A stretch of DNA of 64,000 nucleotides from Octopus vulgaris (GCA_951406725.2 OX597837.1:47120001-47184000); one strand, 5' to 3'; numbered from the stretch's first letter, positions 1-14,213 are shown. Notes: generated from the sequence alone by a model not told the origin. Numbers and translations: made by a program.

Positions 1-79
1 AATGTATATTTGTATGGATGGATGTATTTCTTTTGATTTTTTTTTTTTTTGCATATGTAAATATGAAGTGATATTTTGA

Positions 80-111
<32 letters not shown>

Positions 112-270
112 CTTGAGTGTGTTTCATTGTTTGTGAATATGAGGGTGGGTGTGCCTGAGTGTTTTCTTTGTGTGTGTGTGTGTGTGTGTGTGTTAGCAAA
201 TAGGTTTTTCATATGTGTATATGTATGTAAAAAAGAGGGAGGAATGAGAGAAACAGAGAGTAAGAGAGGG

Positions 271-310
<40 letters not shown>

Positions 311-520
311 CAGGAGAGAGAGAAAGAGATATTAGTAAAAAGATGTGTGGTTACAATGACATATTCTGTTGTGTCTGGGGAGAGTCAGTTTCTTTTTGTG
401 CCTTATTAATCCAAAAACGAAGTACAATGACATAATTTACTGCTAAATATAGACTGAGCAGGGAATAGTCATGTCATTAGTATGTGTGTGTGTGTCTGTG
501 TGTCTCTGGGTATGCGTGTA

Positions 521-726
521 CAGTAACCCCCCCCCTCACCGTACCGTGGTGGTTCACCCATTGTTGATTCCTCCTTTGTGTGGTTTTACATTTATAATAA
601 AATAAATACATACAAATTATAAAAATAATTAAAATAATATATACAGAACTGTTTCTACTTTGCTGATTTTTACCTGTTGTGGCTGGGTTTTGGAATGTAA
701 CACCTGTGATAGTCGAGGGATTACTG
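521..726. mobile_element. pogo/Tigger-type MITE (degenerate)
   Basis: TA|CAGTAACCCC..CTC at the left end and GAGGGATTACTG at the right end form imperfect terminal inverted repeats of the CAGT type; AT-rich non-coding interior. Confidence 0.6.
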
Positions 727-991
727 TGTGTGTGTGTGTTTCAGGGAGTCTATATACATTCCTGTAGTGTGTGTGTGTGTCTGAGTGATGTCAACATGGA
801 AAGCATAGATGATGATGATGATGATGTATAACATGCTGAGTTAGATATTTGTGCAAGTTCACTTTTGGTGATTAATTTAAACTTAGAATTCATGCTCTTG
901 GGGGTTTGTGGATGTCTGAAATGATTGAAGTGTGTGCATATATGTATGTGTCTACATGATACTATGAGTATCATGTACACACATACATGTA

Positions 992-1180
992 GCATAGGAG
1001 TGGCTGTGTGGTAAGTAGCTTGCTTACCAACCACATGGTTCTGGGTTCAGTCCCACTGCATGGCACCTTGGGCAAGTGTCTTCTACTACAGCTTCAGGCC
1101 AACCAAACTACTACAGCTTCGGGCCAACCAAAGCCTTGTGAGTGGATTTGGTAGACGGAAACTGAAAGAAGCCTGTCGTA

Positions 1181-1211
<31 letters not shown>

Positions 1212-1430
1212 GCATATGTGTGTATATGTTTGTGTGTCTGTGTTTGTTCCCCCAACATTGCTTGACAACCGATGCTGGTGTGTTTACGTCCCCGTAACTT
1301 AGTGGTTCGGCAAAAGAGATCGATAGAATAAGTACTAGGCTTACAAAGAATAAGTCCTCGGGTTGATTTGCTCAACTATGGGCGATGCTCCATCATGGCC
1401 GCAGTCAAATCACTGAAACAAGTAAAAGAG
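992..1430 (+). mobile_element. tRNA-derived CORE-type SINE (abundant family)
   Basis: Box A/B-like TGGCTGTGTGG / GGTTCAGTCCC head, CCTTGGGCAAGTG CORE-like block, internal (TA)n(TG)n. Further copies at about 8840-9420(-), 15670-16030(+), 22393-22700(+), 27880-28045(-), 28675-29030(-), 47795-48070(+), 53335-53495(-). Confidence 0.8.
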
Positions 1431-1436
1431 TATGTG

Positions 1437-1470
<34 letters not shown>

Positions 1471-1589
1471 TTTGCACTTATGTAGTGATATGCATGTCAC
1501 CTGTGTGCAAAGGTAAATTTCTGCACTTTTGCCATAACATATCTTTATTGTTGTCACCCCACCTTCTGCCCATGCATGCTAATGGTTGG

Positions 1590-1712
1590 TACTCTTGTGG
1601 TCACGTGATGCCAGTTTGAGCCTGCTGGTGCCGTTTTTCTTTCTGACTTTACAGTGAGAGTATGGCCGCTCCACTAGCAATGTGCACCAAAGAAGAAGAA
1701 AGAGCATCATTG
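1590..1712 (+). mobile_element. mariner transposase 5' remnant
   Basis: ATGGCCGCTCCACTAGCAATGTGCACCAAAGAAGAA reads MAAPLAMCTKEE, resembling a mariner N-terminus; truncated immediately after. Confidence 0.4.
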
Positions 1713-3019
1713 TGAGGCAGAATTCAAAAGACAGAGTTTGGAAGGGAAACATCCTGGCTTGCCAGCAATGAAGAAATTCAAGACTCAGTCTCCTGCAGGA
1801 AAGTTGATGCTAACCCTGCCGAGGTTGACGTTCCCTTTCATCGTTTCAGGGTCAATAAAATAAGTAACAGTTGAGCACAGGGGTTGATGTATAATTAACT
1901 TACCTTTCCCTTCAAATTGCTGGCTTTGTGCCAAAATTTGAAACCAGTATTTTCCTAGTCCTGATGCCCAATCTGCTGATTTCTTCAAGTGTCCAGTTTA
2001 GAATTCCAAATATTCTTTTCTACTTTAGGCACAAGACAGATGAAATACCCCTAAGCATTTTGCCCCATGTGCTAACATTTCTGCTAGCTCACCGCTTTAG
2101 TATTCCAAATATTGGTACTATCATTAGCACCGTAGAAGCTTTCTGGGATATAGTTTTACTGAATGCAGTCAGCTGTTTGTTCCGTACCTTTCAAAGTCTG
2201 CTAAAGTGTTATTTGTCATTCACAGTTTTACTCCCAACATCTGTGATATTCTCTTCCATTCTTTGATACTTGTTATGTTCATCAACAGGAAGAAGAGACA
2301 GACTGGCCATCGGCTTCCATATTCTTTGTCTGGTCAACAATCTTTCTTCATTTGACAATATATGAGAGAAAACTCAGAAGAAGATTTATAAATATTATTG
2401 CCTACCCCACTACAATGATAGGGCTTTGGCTTTCCGAAAGTTTCATGGCTTCACTTAAGTAACAACTACTGATAACTTTCACATCAACAGTGACACACAC
2501 ACACACACACGCATTTGTATATCATGTCTGATTTCATGAGGCATAAAAAGAACTAACAACAGTGTAATTCATTACTCTTAATTATACAAGTCCCAGCTAC
2601 CTTTCTCACCTGGCTGCTGGTGTTCTTGTTCATTGCAACACAATAATGATTCATAGTAAAGATAAATGTCGCATATCTTCTCCAGGTTCTTCAGCAAGGC
2701 TTTCCACTTTCATCCTTTCTCCTTCTATTTTACAGTTATCTTTTTTTAACAGTGAAGATACTAACGATGATTTGTTTAATTATTTAAATAACATTGTGGA
2801 ACTCTCTGCTTTTGCTAATATCAACTCATACCCTTCATCTATAATCATTAATAATAATAATACTTCACATCTATAATCATTAATAATAATAAAACTAAGT
2901 TATGGAGAGCCCCAGCAACTGCAACTGAATGAACAAATGAATATGGTAAACAATTTGGCCCCTCTAAAACATGAGTTGATTCATTTTGGTAATCCAGAAG
3001 CCATCAATTCTCAATGTCG

Positions 3020-3325
3020 TCATCATCATCATCGTTTAACGTCCGCTTTCCATGCTAGCATGGGTTGGATGATTTTGACTGAGAGCTGGCAAACCAGACT
3101 CCAGTCTTGATCTGGCAGAGTTTCTACAGCTGGATGCCCTTCCTAAAGCCAACCACTCCGAGAGTGTAGTGGATGCTTTTTATGTGCCACCGGCATGGGG
3201 CCAGTCAGGCGGTACTGGCAATAACCTCGCTCGAATCTTTTTACACATGCCACCGGCACAGGTGCCAGTAAGGCGATGTTGGTAACGATCACACTCGAAT
3301 GGTGCCCTTTTACGTGCCACTGGCA
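3020..3325 (-). mobile_element. RTE LINE 3' tail (5'-truncated copy)
   Basis: Same sequence as the tail attached to the RTE reverse transcriptase at 55753-57564, ending in (GAT)n on the - strand. Other copies at about 11560-11840(+), 17566-18045(-), 20985-21217(+), 23003-23350(-), 38100-38740(-), 50810-51076(-), 60905-61112(+). Confidence 0.75.
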
Positions 3326-5203
3326 ATTAAATATATTTAATGACTTAACTATTAACAGCATAAAAAAGTTATAAACATCCTCAGTATTTAGTGAATCTGA
3401 TTTGAAATGAGAAACTCATCTCATTTGAATTAGCCATTTCCAGCTGTTTTATGCTCAAGCCAGCCAGATCCAGCCTCTCTCACCTACTCAGCAATGTCAT
3501 TCTGAAAATGAATAATCACATCATTGAAATCTCAAAACTATGAGATAAGCCATGATTAATTCAGAACAATGTAAATAAGCACAACATTCAAAATTATATA
3601 ATAAGAGTTATTAATGTTCAGCTTTTGTTTGGTTGCTAAGCAACGGAAACATATAATTTCTGATTATCTTGAAGCTGTCAAAAAATTTTGTACTCAGTTA
3701 CAGAAAACTATATTGAGTTGCTGAGAATCCACCTCTAGGATATTTTTCATGAAATAGAGAAGAATCTAGAAAGCATAGACTGCTAAACTTTCAGTTTAAG
3801 CAGAATACAGGGTGGGATATTTGGTTACTCCATGGATAGAACAATTACAATCTTTCAAAAAAAAAACCAAAAAAACACAAGAAGATGCAGACGAATATTC
3901 TAAGAGTGTTGCTTTGACAACTGAGCCAGTTATAGAGATGTGTGACACTCAGAAAATATTGTAGAACATAAGGTTTCTTGGACTTTTCAAAACAATAATA
4001 GAAATCTGAGTGTCAGATTACATCATAACTTTAACATTATTTGATGCCGGGTGGTGGGATATGAAACATTCTTGGATTCTGCCAAAGGAATAACTATAGA
4101 AAAAAATAGTTTTCTATTTGCCAGTAATCTTGGAACTGTTACAAGATGGTGAGCTGGTAGAGTCAGGATCACATTGGACTAAATGTTAAGTGGCATTTCT
4201 AACTCATTATATTCGTAGCTCAAATTCCACCAAGATCAACTTTGGGTGGGGGGGGGGGTCAATAAAATAGGAATCAGTTGAGAACTGGGATTTATGCCTA
4301 GTGTAGAAAGCAACCCGGAACTATTTTAATCAGGAAAACGAGGTCAGGTTAAAAAGGAAAACTGAAATTATTCTTCTAAAAAAAGTTAATGAACAAGTAA
4401 CAATGATTTGGATACCTGCCCCCTCAAATATGGAGAAAACCAAAAGAGCAACTCAGTGAATAGAAGAGGGAGTACAAAAAGAATAGACTACATTTTAAGA
4501 TCTTTTACAATTGAAATCATTCAACAAAAGAGTGGGGAAAATACCAGGAAGAATCTAGAAATAAACTATTGAACTTTAATTTTCTGTTACCTTAGCCATG
4601 TTAATCTAAATACTGAGCAAGGTTAACGAACAAAGACTTTGTTTGGCTCCAAATGGACCATATTCCTTTGATCTATATTTTATCACAAACAAATTGTATG
4701 GAATCACCATATATTGGCAGTTTTTATTCCAATGCAAATATTACTAGTCAGAGTGAGAGGGCATTTTAAAAATGGATTTTAAAAGGGATACTAAGGTTGG
4801 AAGGGCAATTTCTTTTCAGAGGTCCACCAAATATAAATGAGATCAATTTGTGGAAGCTATGGAAAGATGACCCACCTAAGACCACCTCTGCTTCTATGAT
4901 ACAAACTTCTTGTTTAAAGTCATCTTAATTAAAACTTTCTTTCAAAATTTCATGTTGATTCATTTTCAAAACACCAACTTAATAACGACAGAGTTACTTT
5001 CATTGAAAGAAAGGCAGTATTTCAACAGAAATGTAGCAAAAGGGTCAACAGAAACATTTAAAGGTTCTTTATGTGTACTTCTTTCTTTCTTTCTTTTCTA
5101 GTTTGTGTTGTTTTTTTTTTGTTGAAGAACTGTTATATATCTTCCTCAGGTCATCATGCTTTATGAACTTTACACAGACATTTAAATTGCTGAAATAAAT
5201 AAA

Positions 5204-5259
<56 letters not shown>

Positions 5260-5419
5260 TATATCTGTATATGCATAGTCAAGTTAAAACACACCAGAAT
5301 TTAATTACCTGATAGCCAGTTCCTCAGCTAAAGTGCTTATTATGAGTTCTGCTTGATCCTCTGAATCCAGTTATCTGCTAGAATTTGCTGGATCCCCTAA
5401 AACTCCTTTCAAGTAACTT

Positions 5420-5840
5420 GCCAACATGTAACTGTAAAGCAGTTGTTCAATGTCCCTCTGAAGATAATTGCCTTATAACAATATCTACAAATACAATCTC
5501 ATTACCTAAGTCAGTAATAGATATCATTTCAGTTCCACAATGATCTCTTTAAGAGGGACTATAATATGCCCAAACATACATTCACTAACAAATAGTTAAG
5601 CAATATGATGTCACTGGTCAGAATACATATGGAGTTCAAAGTGAAGGGATACTGAATTCAAACTGCAATGGAGTATTATAACCCCAGCTCCAAGCATCAG
5701 AACGTAATCGAAAAGAACATGCTATGCACAATTGAGGCTCCTCTGCAGGAACAGAATTTTCAGGACTTTTAAATTCTGTAACAAATCTAATGAAAAGAAA
5801 CTGTAAAGCACAATTAACAAACCAAATAATCTCTCATTTC
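5420..5840 (+). mobile_element. degenerate Penelope-like GIY-YIG endonuclease remnant
   Basis: Broken-frame peptides CNCK..CPL..NCL, LQWSII and a late CK motif follow the order seen in the Penelope Cys-linker/endonuclease; many stops. Confidence 0.45.
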
Positions 5841-6779
5841 CAAAATACTGGCACTGGTATCACAACTACAATTTCCATTGATTTTTGATTGATTTTGATC
5901 TCAAATTTAATTTACATGACTACAAGTTCATTTATTTGTAAGCTCAATGCAAAAGAAAAAAAACTGAACAAAAAGGAAAAGAAAAGAAAACTTAAGGTGT
6001 ATAAAAATTATGAACAAATTTTAAACAGTTGCAATGGAATTGTTAGCAGGTCTAAGCTCTACTCTGAAACTGTTGATCTTTCCTTAAATATATTTACAAT
6101 TAATTTAATAATTGTGTGTGTTTTGAAATGGCTAGAATGGCTCTCCCACAATTATTATTATCATTGTTCTTGTTGTTGTTGTTGTTGTTAGTGATGGTGG
6201 TGGTAACATAATTTTCCCGTGTTTTTCTTGGCCAGTTTTCTACTTTGACTTGTAAATCTTCATTTCTATCAAACATTTCTTATCTCTTTTTGTCAGGAAA
6301 ACAAAAAAATTATAAAACCTTTTTTCATCTAAATGAACATTCTTGTTAATGTCAGAATGTTTTATCAAATTCTATTTAAGCAAAAATATTTTCATAATGT
6401 TTGCAAATATCTTGTGGAACATAATCACTTAAAAAAACACTGATTTCATTTTTGACAAGGGCACAGAGCCAGTTTTTTTCTTTTATAGAAGAAGGGTGTA
6501 GTTAACTGAATCATTATCTCTGGTGCTTTTTCTATTATTGCGAGTGTTGTAAGCTGTAGTAATACAAGTTTAGTTCTCATTTGAGATACTTCAATTCACT
6601 TCTAGCAATTTAACCTTTAGTATTTAAACCAAATATTTTTTGCGGCACACCATTGTGCCACAATACACAGTTTGGCAGACACTGAGTTACAGCTTAATCA
6701 CTACATCAAATTTGGAATTCTTTTTCCATGAGCGGGTGGGTCTTCTGCAGGGTGCATATTGCCAGTCAATCTGGTCCTT

Positions 6780-8145
6780 TTGTGTCTCCTCCATGAAATA
6801 TAGCATCTACAGGTCAGCCTTCACCACATCATCCCAGCTTTTCCTTAGTCTCTCCTGTCTTCAAGTTTCATTCTCTTAAGTCCTCATTTCTTTCGTATGC
6901 AGCTGTTATCGGCCATACGCATCACCTGCCCATACCAGATGCACAATGCACTTGATTCCTTTTAGACTCGGTGCTTTTCTGAAGTCATTTGTTCTCTGGC
7001 ATTCATACACACTAACATGAACATCCTTTGGAAATATCAGCTTCATTTCTTTCTAGTCTTTGTAAATCTTCAGGTTTCAGAGCTCACATCGCACTCCCAC
7101 ACTGTATCACAGTACTAACACAAGTGTCATACAATCTACCCTTCACACTAAAGGAAAAGACCTTTGTTGCCAGCAGCAGTAGTAACTGTCTGAAATTCCT
7201 CCAACCTTGTGGAGGCAGCCAAAAGAAGCATTTGACCCAGACTGCCTTCTTCCAACTGTTAAACACGGAGAAGGATCTGTGATGATCTGGGGGACTATAT
7301 CTTGGAAATCCACTGGCACTATGGTTTCCCTTCATGGCAGAATTAATAGTCAAGACTATTTAAGCATTTTATTGGACCAAATTCATCCTGTGGTTGCGGA
7401 ACTGTTTCCGGAGAGAAATGCAATCTTTCAGGATGATAATGCACCAATTCACACAGCTAAAGTTGTTATTGAATGGCACAAGGAACATTCTAGTGAAGTT
7501 GAACATTTTATCTGGCCACAACAGTCCCCAGATCTCAATATTATTGAACATTTATGGTGCATTTTAGAAAAACAAGTAAGGAGTCGATATCCTCCACCAT
7601 CATCACTGCAAGAACTGGAGACTGTTTTAGCTGAAGAATGAAGAAGAAATTCCTTTGGAAACAATTCAAACTTTGTATGAGTCCACACCTCGTACAATTC
7701 AAGCTGTAATTACTACCAAAGGTGGTCCTACCCCATATTAAAATAAATTTGTTTGAAATTTTAAGGTGTTTCCATTATTTTGTCCAACCCCTGCCTCACT
7801 CCTAGTCAACCACTCAGGCATTTGAAAGAATCTGTGTCTGGCTTCTTGTGTGTATTCTTCCGGTGCATTTGTCACATAGGAAGCTTATTTCCTCTGCTTG
7901 TCTGCATGGAATTCCACAATATCACTTGTGTGTCCGTAGCTTACACTGAGTTCAGCATATAAAATTTACACCTACACCTTTTCTGCCTGTTGAGTCAAGG
8001 CTGTTTCCCTGAAGATGCCAGGATCCTGATTTCTTTCCTATTTACCAAAACCATTATTTTTTGCTAAGTTTACCTTGTGACCTCTTGATTCCTCTCCAAT
8101 TCCGCTATAAATCCTGCCATGTAAACTGGGTCATCAGCGTATCTG
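6780..8145 (-). mobile_element. RTE LINE reverse-transcriptase/C-terminal remnant, interrupted by a Tc1 fragment
   Basis: Peptide GWRNFRQLLLLLATKVFSFSVKGRLYDTCV and a YADD-type motif near 8135-8145 on the - strand; the frame is split by 7209-7793. Confidence 0.6.
7209..7793 (+). mobile_element. Tc1-superfamily transposase fragment (3' half, D(36)E) with right TIR
   Basis: ORF 7207-7641: PTVKHGEGSVMIWG, FQDDNAPIH, WPQQSPDLNIIEHLW; ends in a TIR-like ...GTTTCCATTATTTTGTCCAACCCCTG. Confidence 0.9.
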
Positions 8146-9439
8146 GCTATAAAAAAAACTGTCTCAAAAAGTACTTTTAAATCAATGTCCTACATGGAAA
8201 TAACAGGCATAAAAATCATAATAATGATGTGTGTGTGTGAAATGTTATAAATATGTGTGTGAATATGTGCATATGTATGTATATGTGAGCATCTGTTATT
8301 GAATAAGGCTTTCTTTGATTTATTAAACCCAGTTTATGCTGCAAATAGAGATGTATCCCACCAGGTGTAATTAAATGACAAGCCATTCTGGCAAGCATGA
8401 TAGGAGGTTAAACACCTGCAAAGCTAAGTATAAATAGATTCACAAATACTCCCAGTTGATAGCATACTTAGCATGTGGTGGAATGGCTGTGAGGGTAACA
8501 CAGTTGTTGGGGGTTCAAACCTAATGCAGATATTTATTTTATTTTTATTTAGCCCAGGTCATCTATGTTCTGGCAGACCAAACATGAAAAGCGTCCAGTC
8601 TGACATTTTGTCTTTTTATTTTTTTTCCAATCATTGTCCACTTCATTCTACATTTTTTGTCCTTTTTTTGTTAAGGTAATCAGTTTTGTTTGGTTTTTGA
8701 AGAATGGTCAATCTTAGCACATCTTTCCTCTTTCCATTTTCCTCTTTATTTTTCAGAAGTGAGATTTCATTGTCATTTAGAAGAAAGGCTTCTTTGTCTG
8801 TTTTCATTGTTTTCTTTTTTTTTGTGTGATTTTTCTCTTCTTTTATCCTTTTATTTGTTTCAGTCATTTGACTGTGGCTATGCTGGAGCAATGCTTTGAA
8901 GGATTTTAGTTGAACAAATCGACCCCAGGACTTCTTTTTTTCTAGCCTAGTACTTATTCTATTGGTCCCTTTTGCCAAACTGCTATGTTACAGAGACATA
9001 AACACACCAACACCGATTATCAAACAGTGAAGGGGTGGGGGACAAACAGACATTAAGACATACACACACACACACTCTTTTATTATTTTTTTTGTTTCAG
9101 TCATTTGACTGCAACCATGCTGGAGCACCACCTTTAATCAAACAAATCGACTCCCAGGACTTATTCTTCGTAAGCCTAGTACTTATTCTATCAGTCTCTT
9201 TTGCTGAACCACTAAGTTAAGAGGATGTAAACACGCCAACATTGGTTGTCAAACAATAGTGGAGAGGTAAACATAGACACACAAACATATACATACATAT
9301 GTATACATATATATATATATATATATAGATAGACACTTGCCCAAGGTGCCTCATGGTGGGACTGAACTTGGATCCATGTGGTTGGGAAGCATGCTTCTTA
9401 TCACACAGCCACACCTGTGCCTGTATTTTTTATTGCCAA

Positions 9440-10260
9440 TTTTGGTAATTTTCATTTGTAATTCTTCTTCCACATTGCATGATGAAAGTGTGGTGCTACA
9501 GGTTGGTACTGCTACGAGATGTGTTTGCTCATCTATTTCTGAAACTAGACCAAAAAATACTTCACTTGCTACTCGTAGAATTTTGGTTGGTGGTGCACTG
9601 GAAATGGATTTGTTGTTGTTGTTGCTGTTGCTCTCCATTATTTTTGTTTTTGCTCAATTTTCCCAACTCTTCTGCAAATTCGGCTCCAAAGTGTGTTTTA
9701 CTTTAACAATTGTATCAGTTGTGCTTTCTACCTTGTACCATTAATTTTGTACTTTTCGTCTCAGCATCACCTTTTAGGTACACTTAGTATGCCTCTGTGG
9801 CCTTCATATATCATTAAAACTAGTAAAATTCATTTGGATGCTCCTTAACCACAAGTCAGCTTTTGTTAACCCTGCCTTGACCACTCGTCCATTCTCTGAT
9901 ACAAAATTGAGGACTGGCTATGGATTGGTGCCATTTCTGATGTGTCTTATTGTTGCTCTTGTATTTCTTTGACCCATGTATTGGAGGAGCACGAATGTAT
10001 AGTCAGAGATATGTCTGACAATTTCAGTTTGTGTTTTGGCTGCATTTTCGGTTTTGAACGTACAGAGGATAATGCCAAAGCTTTTGCCTTTTTTCAATTG
10101 AGAGAATTTCTCCTGATCTATCCTGAGGAGCCTGTTGTGCTGTTATTTGGAATGAAGGAAAATTTCATTCACTTTCATCCATTTGTAAGCAGGGGAATCC
10201 ATTTTTCTTTTTACCTTGTTTAAGCTTCGTTTCAATTATAAGGAAATGATGTTTGGTTTT
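9440..10260 (-). mobile_element. degenerate LINE ORF1-like remnant (RRM-like segment plus decayed CCHC knuckle)
   Basis: Minus-strand translation KGKSFGIILCTFKTENAAK followed by GRKHN*YNC*SKTHFGAE; multiple stops. Confidence 0.4.
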
Positions 10261-11296
10261 ATGAAATTTTCCCACCTACAACTCTTATTTTGTAACTATG
10301 CATGAAAAACAGACATTAAATGATAATGATGAGGATGATATACAGATGACAAGCATCTGCTCAGCTTCTATAATGCAATGGTAGAATTATTCACCCCAAG
10401 TTGTCACTCTCTAGGATTGAATTGAGATCCTTCCATTTGCATTGAAAATTGGTTAACCATACAGCCATGCCTTGCTTACTTGGCTTATACTCTTGAGAAA
10501 AGCATGATGGCCACACGGTCTCAATCTTTGTGGCCTTGGGACAAACTCAGAAATTCACTGTTTTTCTCCGTATCTAAAGTTACAATCCTGTTGTTGCTCT
10601 TGTTGTTGTTGCAGCTGCTGTTGTTATTGTTCTTCTTCTTGCTGCTGCTGCTGCTGTTATAGACACAAGTTATGCCTCATACTGCTCTTTGAAAAACATT
10701 CTGATTATTTGGTTTTCTGAATTGTTTTCTTTCCTCTTTTCTTCCTTTTCTTTATTCATTCCACCATTGACGAGATTTAAAAGAAAAGTACACATTTTTA
10801 ATGTGTTGTCTCTTGAACCATTCCTCAGCAGAATTTCTTTGGCAGCATTTTAAGCTATTGATAACAGCTGAACAAATGGCACCATCTTTTTAATTATTTT
10901 ACTGGTTTCAGTCATTCGGTACCGCCTTCAAGAGTTGTTGCCAATTGTAAGGACCTGAGTACTTACATTAGTTTGTGATTTATTTAACGAAGGTCTGTTT
11001 CACGACCCAAATGGGGTCCCAACTGAAACAGCCTCAACAATATTAGATTTTGGACTGGTATAAATATAAGCACACACACACACACATATATATATAAAGA
11101 TATAAAGATATAACGATATGTTCGCTTACGTATAAAATGAAACAAGCATTGTTGCTCCTATAAAGTCATGAGATTAACCCAAGGCTACAGGAGAAGGCAC
11201 TTGGCCAAGCAATTGTGCATTGGGCATGAAAGTAGAACCAAAGAGCTGCAAAGCATTACTACTACTACTACTACTACTACTAGTAGTAGTAATAGT

Positions 11297-11336
<40 letters not shown>

Positions 11337-11844
11337 TCCATGAATATTCCACGGAATTAATGGTAAACTTATTGAGTTATTTCTGAAAACTTTATCCAGG
11401 AAACCTGAAAGTGTAGCCTGTGTTGTGTCTGCATCAAAAGAGAGTTGCTCATCTGCTAATCATTGAAAAATGAAGAAGATTGGAATACGATAATTACTCT
11501 ATGGATTTCGTAAATACACTTTATGTACTTTCTTCTCTGTCAGGAGGTAGAAGCACTTGTGTATGGATGAAGACATAAAGAAGTGCTGATCTCTAACTGT
11601 GGAGGGAACATGTGGTAGAGGTAGATCCAGGAAGACATGGGACAAGGTGGCGAGGCATGATATTTGAACTTTGGGCCTCACTGAGGCAATGACTAGTGAC
11701 CGAGACCTTTGACGAAATGCTGTGCTTGAGAAGAAGACCCGTCAAGCCAAGTGAAATTGTGGTTGTGGCTGATGCTCATGTCCCATAACTGGCATTCATG
11801 CTAGTGGCACATGAGAGGCACCTTTCAAGTGTTGGGCCTCATGT

Positions 11845-12630
11845 CACTCTTGATGGTGTCAAGCCAGCGGGTTCTTGGCCTCTTCCTCTCTTGCCACTGA
11901 CCATTCCGAGCATGATGTCCTTCTCCAGGGATTTTCTCCGCATAATATGACCAAAATATGCCAACCTATGCTTAGTGATCCCAGCTTCCCGCGACATTTT
12001 CGGCCTTATCTGCTTAAGAACTTCTCCATTGGTGAGCCTTGCTCCCCATGGAATCTGTAAAATTCTTGTCCAACACCAAAGTTCGAATGCATTAATTCTC
12101 TTCTGGTCAGCTTTCTTTAGTGTCCAGGTCTCGCATCCATATGTTGCTATTGGGAAGACAACTGCATTTGGTAGTGAGTCTGATGTCTCTACTCTTCCAG
12201 ACCCTGCTCATGCTGACCATTGTCTCTCTGCCTAGTACTATCCGCCGTCTTTGTGCAGTCACCATCTCGATTTATTTTGGAGCTAAGGAAGATGAAATCA
12301 TCGACCACTTCGATCTCTTCCCTATCGATCTTGATGTTGATGTTTGTTGTGGCTGATGTTGACATGATCTTTGTTTTCTTGACATTGAGGTACAGCCCAA
12401 ATTTCTCACTCTCTTCCTTGACCAGCAGGACAAGATCCTCCAGATCCTTACCACTCTCCACCAGCAGAGTTGTATCATCTGCACAGCGAAGATTATTAAT
12501 ATTTCTTCCTCCAATCCTAACTCCAATGCTGCTATCCTCCAGGCCTGCATTCCTCATGACCTTTTCTGCGTACATGTCGAAGGCAGCTGGTGACAGGATG
12601 CAACCTTGTTGAATGCCTTTTCCAATCTCA
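11845..12630 (-). mobile_element. RTE (BovB-like) reverse-transcriptase fragment
   Basis: ORF 12189-12575: GVRIGGRNINNLRCADDTTLL, FGLYLNVKKTKIM, IEVVDDFIFL; QGCILSP motif just upstream. Confidence 0.85.
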
Positions 12631-12879
12631 AATCATACATAAACACACATGCTCACAAACAGATAAAAAAGAATGCAGCTCCAATAAGGACAGAGTCAAC
12701 ATCCATTGACAAGGTTGTAAAAACGATGAAAATTTTGGAAGAAAAATATGAATAATAAGTAAATGGAAATCAAACCAGTGAGTGTGTTAGATAATACACT
12801 CTCCCCAGCCACAACAAAATTTACTTCAATACATGAATTCACATAAAGAATCTTGCAAACCAGAAACAAAGAGGAAGTA

Positions 12880-12889
12880 CATACATATA

Positions 12890-12935
<46 letters not shown>

Positions 12936-13012
12936 TATTTGTATATATATACACACACACACACATATACATATATATATATATATACCCATATATATAT
13001 ATATACACACAC

Positions 13013-13052
<40 letters not shown>

Positions 13053-13120
13053 ACACTCACATATATATATACATACATACAAACACTCATGCGCACACAC
13101 ACACACACACACACACACTC
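12880..13120. repeat. compound (TA)n/(CA)n microsatellite
   Basis: Read directly; source of several spurious YIYI/HTHT ORFs. Confidence 0.95.
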
Positions 13121-13624
13121 ACGCATGTGTTTATGCATCATCCTTATATGCTTTTGTATGCATATACGTGCAGTGTAATTGCAGCTGGCTCTTTGTTTTT
13201 AAAGGCAAATGCACAGAGAATGCGAAGAGAACAATCGCTTCTCTCTCTTTCTCTCCTTTTCACTCTGACCTTTTGTTTCTTCTCTGAATTAAGGGAAAAA
13301 ATACACAAAGCAATAAAACGAATGCATAAAATGAAAATAAGATAACATTTACTGCAGCCCTTCTCTTTATCTATTTATTTAGTTAGCTGTGGAGTTAATA
13401 CATCATCCTCAACATCGTTGTTGTGGTGGTGGTGGTGGCGGTGGTGGTGGTGATGATGGGGTGGGGGTAGTTCTCCAGTTGAAATTCAGTTTGGCAGTTC
13501 TTGCTGATATGGCAGAACAGAACAGTTTTAGCTTCTGGTAAGAATCTGGCCATGAGGACAACACCTCGAGGCACACTTTGGTAGTTGCCCTCAGTTTAGA
13601 ATGTTTCCATGTTAAAACACTTCT

Positions 13625-13880
13625 GTTGCTATCATCACCACTACCACCATATCCACCACCATTATTATTATTATCTTCGTCATTGTTGCTGTGATTCTTG
13701 TCATCATCGTAGTCATATTCATCACGCTCTCCTCTTCCTCTCCTACTCCTCTTCCTTTTCATCTCCACCACCACTACCGTCACCATCACCATCACCGCCA
13801 TTACCATCACCACCATCATCATCAACACCATTATCATCATCATCACCATAATCATCATTACACCACCCCCTCCATCAACA
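13625..13880. repeat. low-complexity (CAC/CAT)n tract
   Basis: Degenerate trinucleotide repeat giving poly-His/Pro/Met ORFs; no splice support. Confidence 0.85.
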
Positions 13881-14213
13881 TTATGATTATTCTATGACTC
13901 CTCCGCTACTCTCGGAGCATCAAACTCTCAGATCCAACCTCAGCCACTTCCTGCCATGGCTTCCTCGTTTCTCTTTTGGTGACGCTGTCCTCTTCATTCT
14001 CAATTCTTAACTCTGCCGGAATTTTGTTTTTATATTTTACATATTATGTATTTATGAACCAGAATAGAATATCATTGTGAAGAGGGTGAAGAGGGTGTGT
14101 CTATGGATCTTGGGTGGAATAAATACCACAAAAGATGGTTTTGTTGACACACCTACTTATTTGCAATTTCTCACCAGAACATCCACACTCACACATAACA
14201 ACTTGTACCACTG

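Noticed and set aside
841-910. Possible first coding exon of the Rab (..INLNLEFMLLG|GTTTGT, phase 0)
   Set aside because: In-frame TAA just upstream and no start codon ahead of the beta-1-like stretch; 14 kb from the next exon. The true first exon remains unlocated and may be outside the window.
3860-4720. Possible I-clade LINE RT/RNase H remnant (FLDFSK, MIWIPA)
   Set aside because: Only two short motifs in heavily broken frames; boundaries cannot be set.
12696-13897. Long ORFs rich in YI/HT/His/Met
   Set aside because: Translations of di- and trinucleotide repeats; the same applies to ORFs near 76, 22014, 51335 and 55055.
14077-14120. KRVCLWILG resembles the Rab beta-1 strand
   Set aside because: No ATG in frame and no phase-0 GT donor after the Gly.
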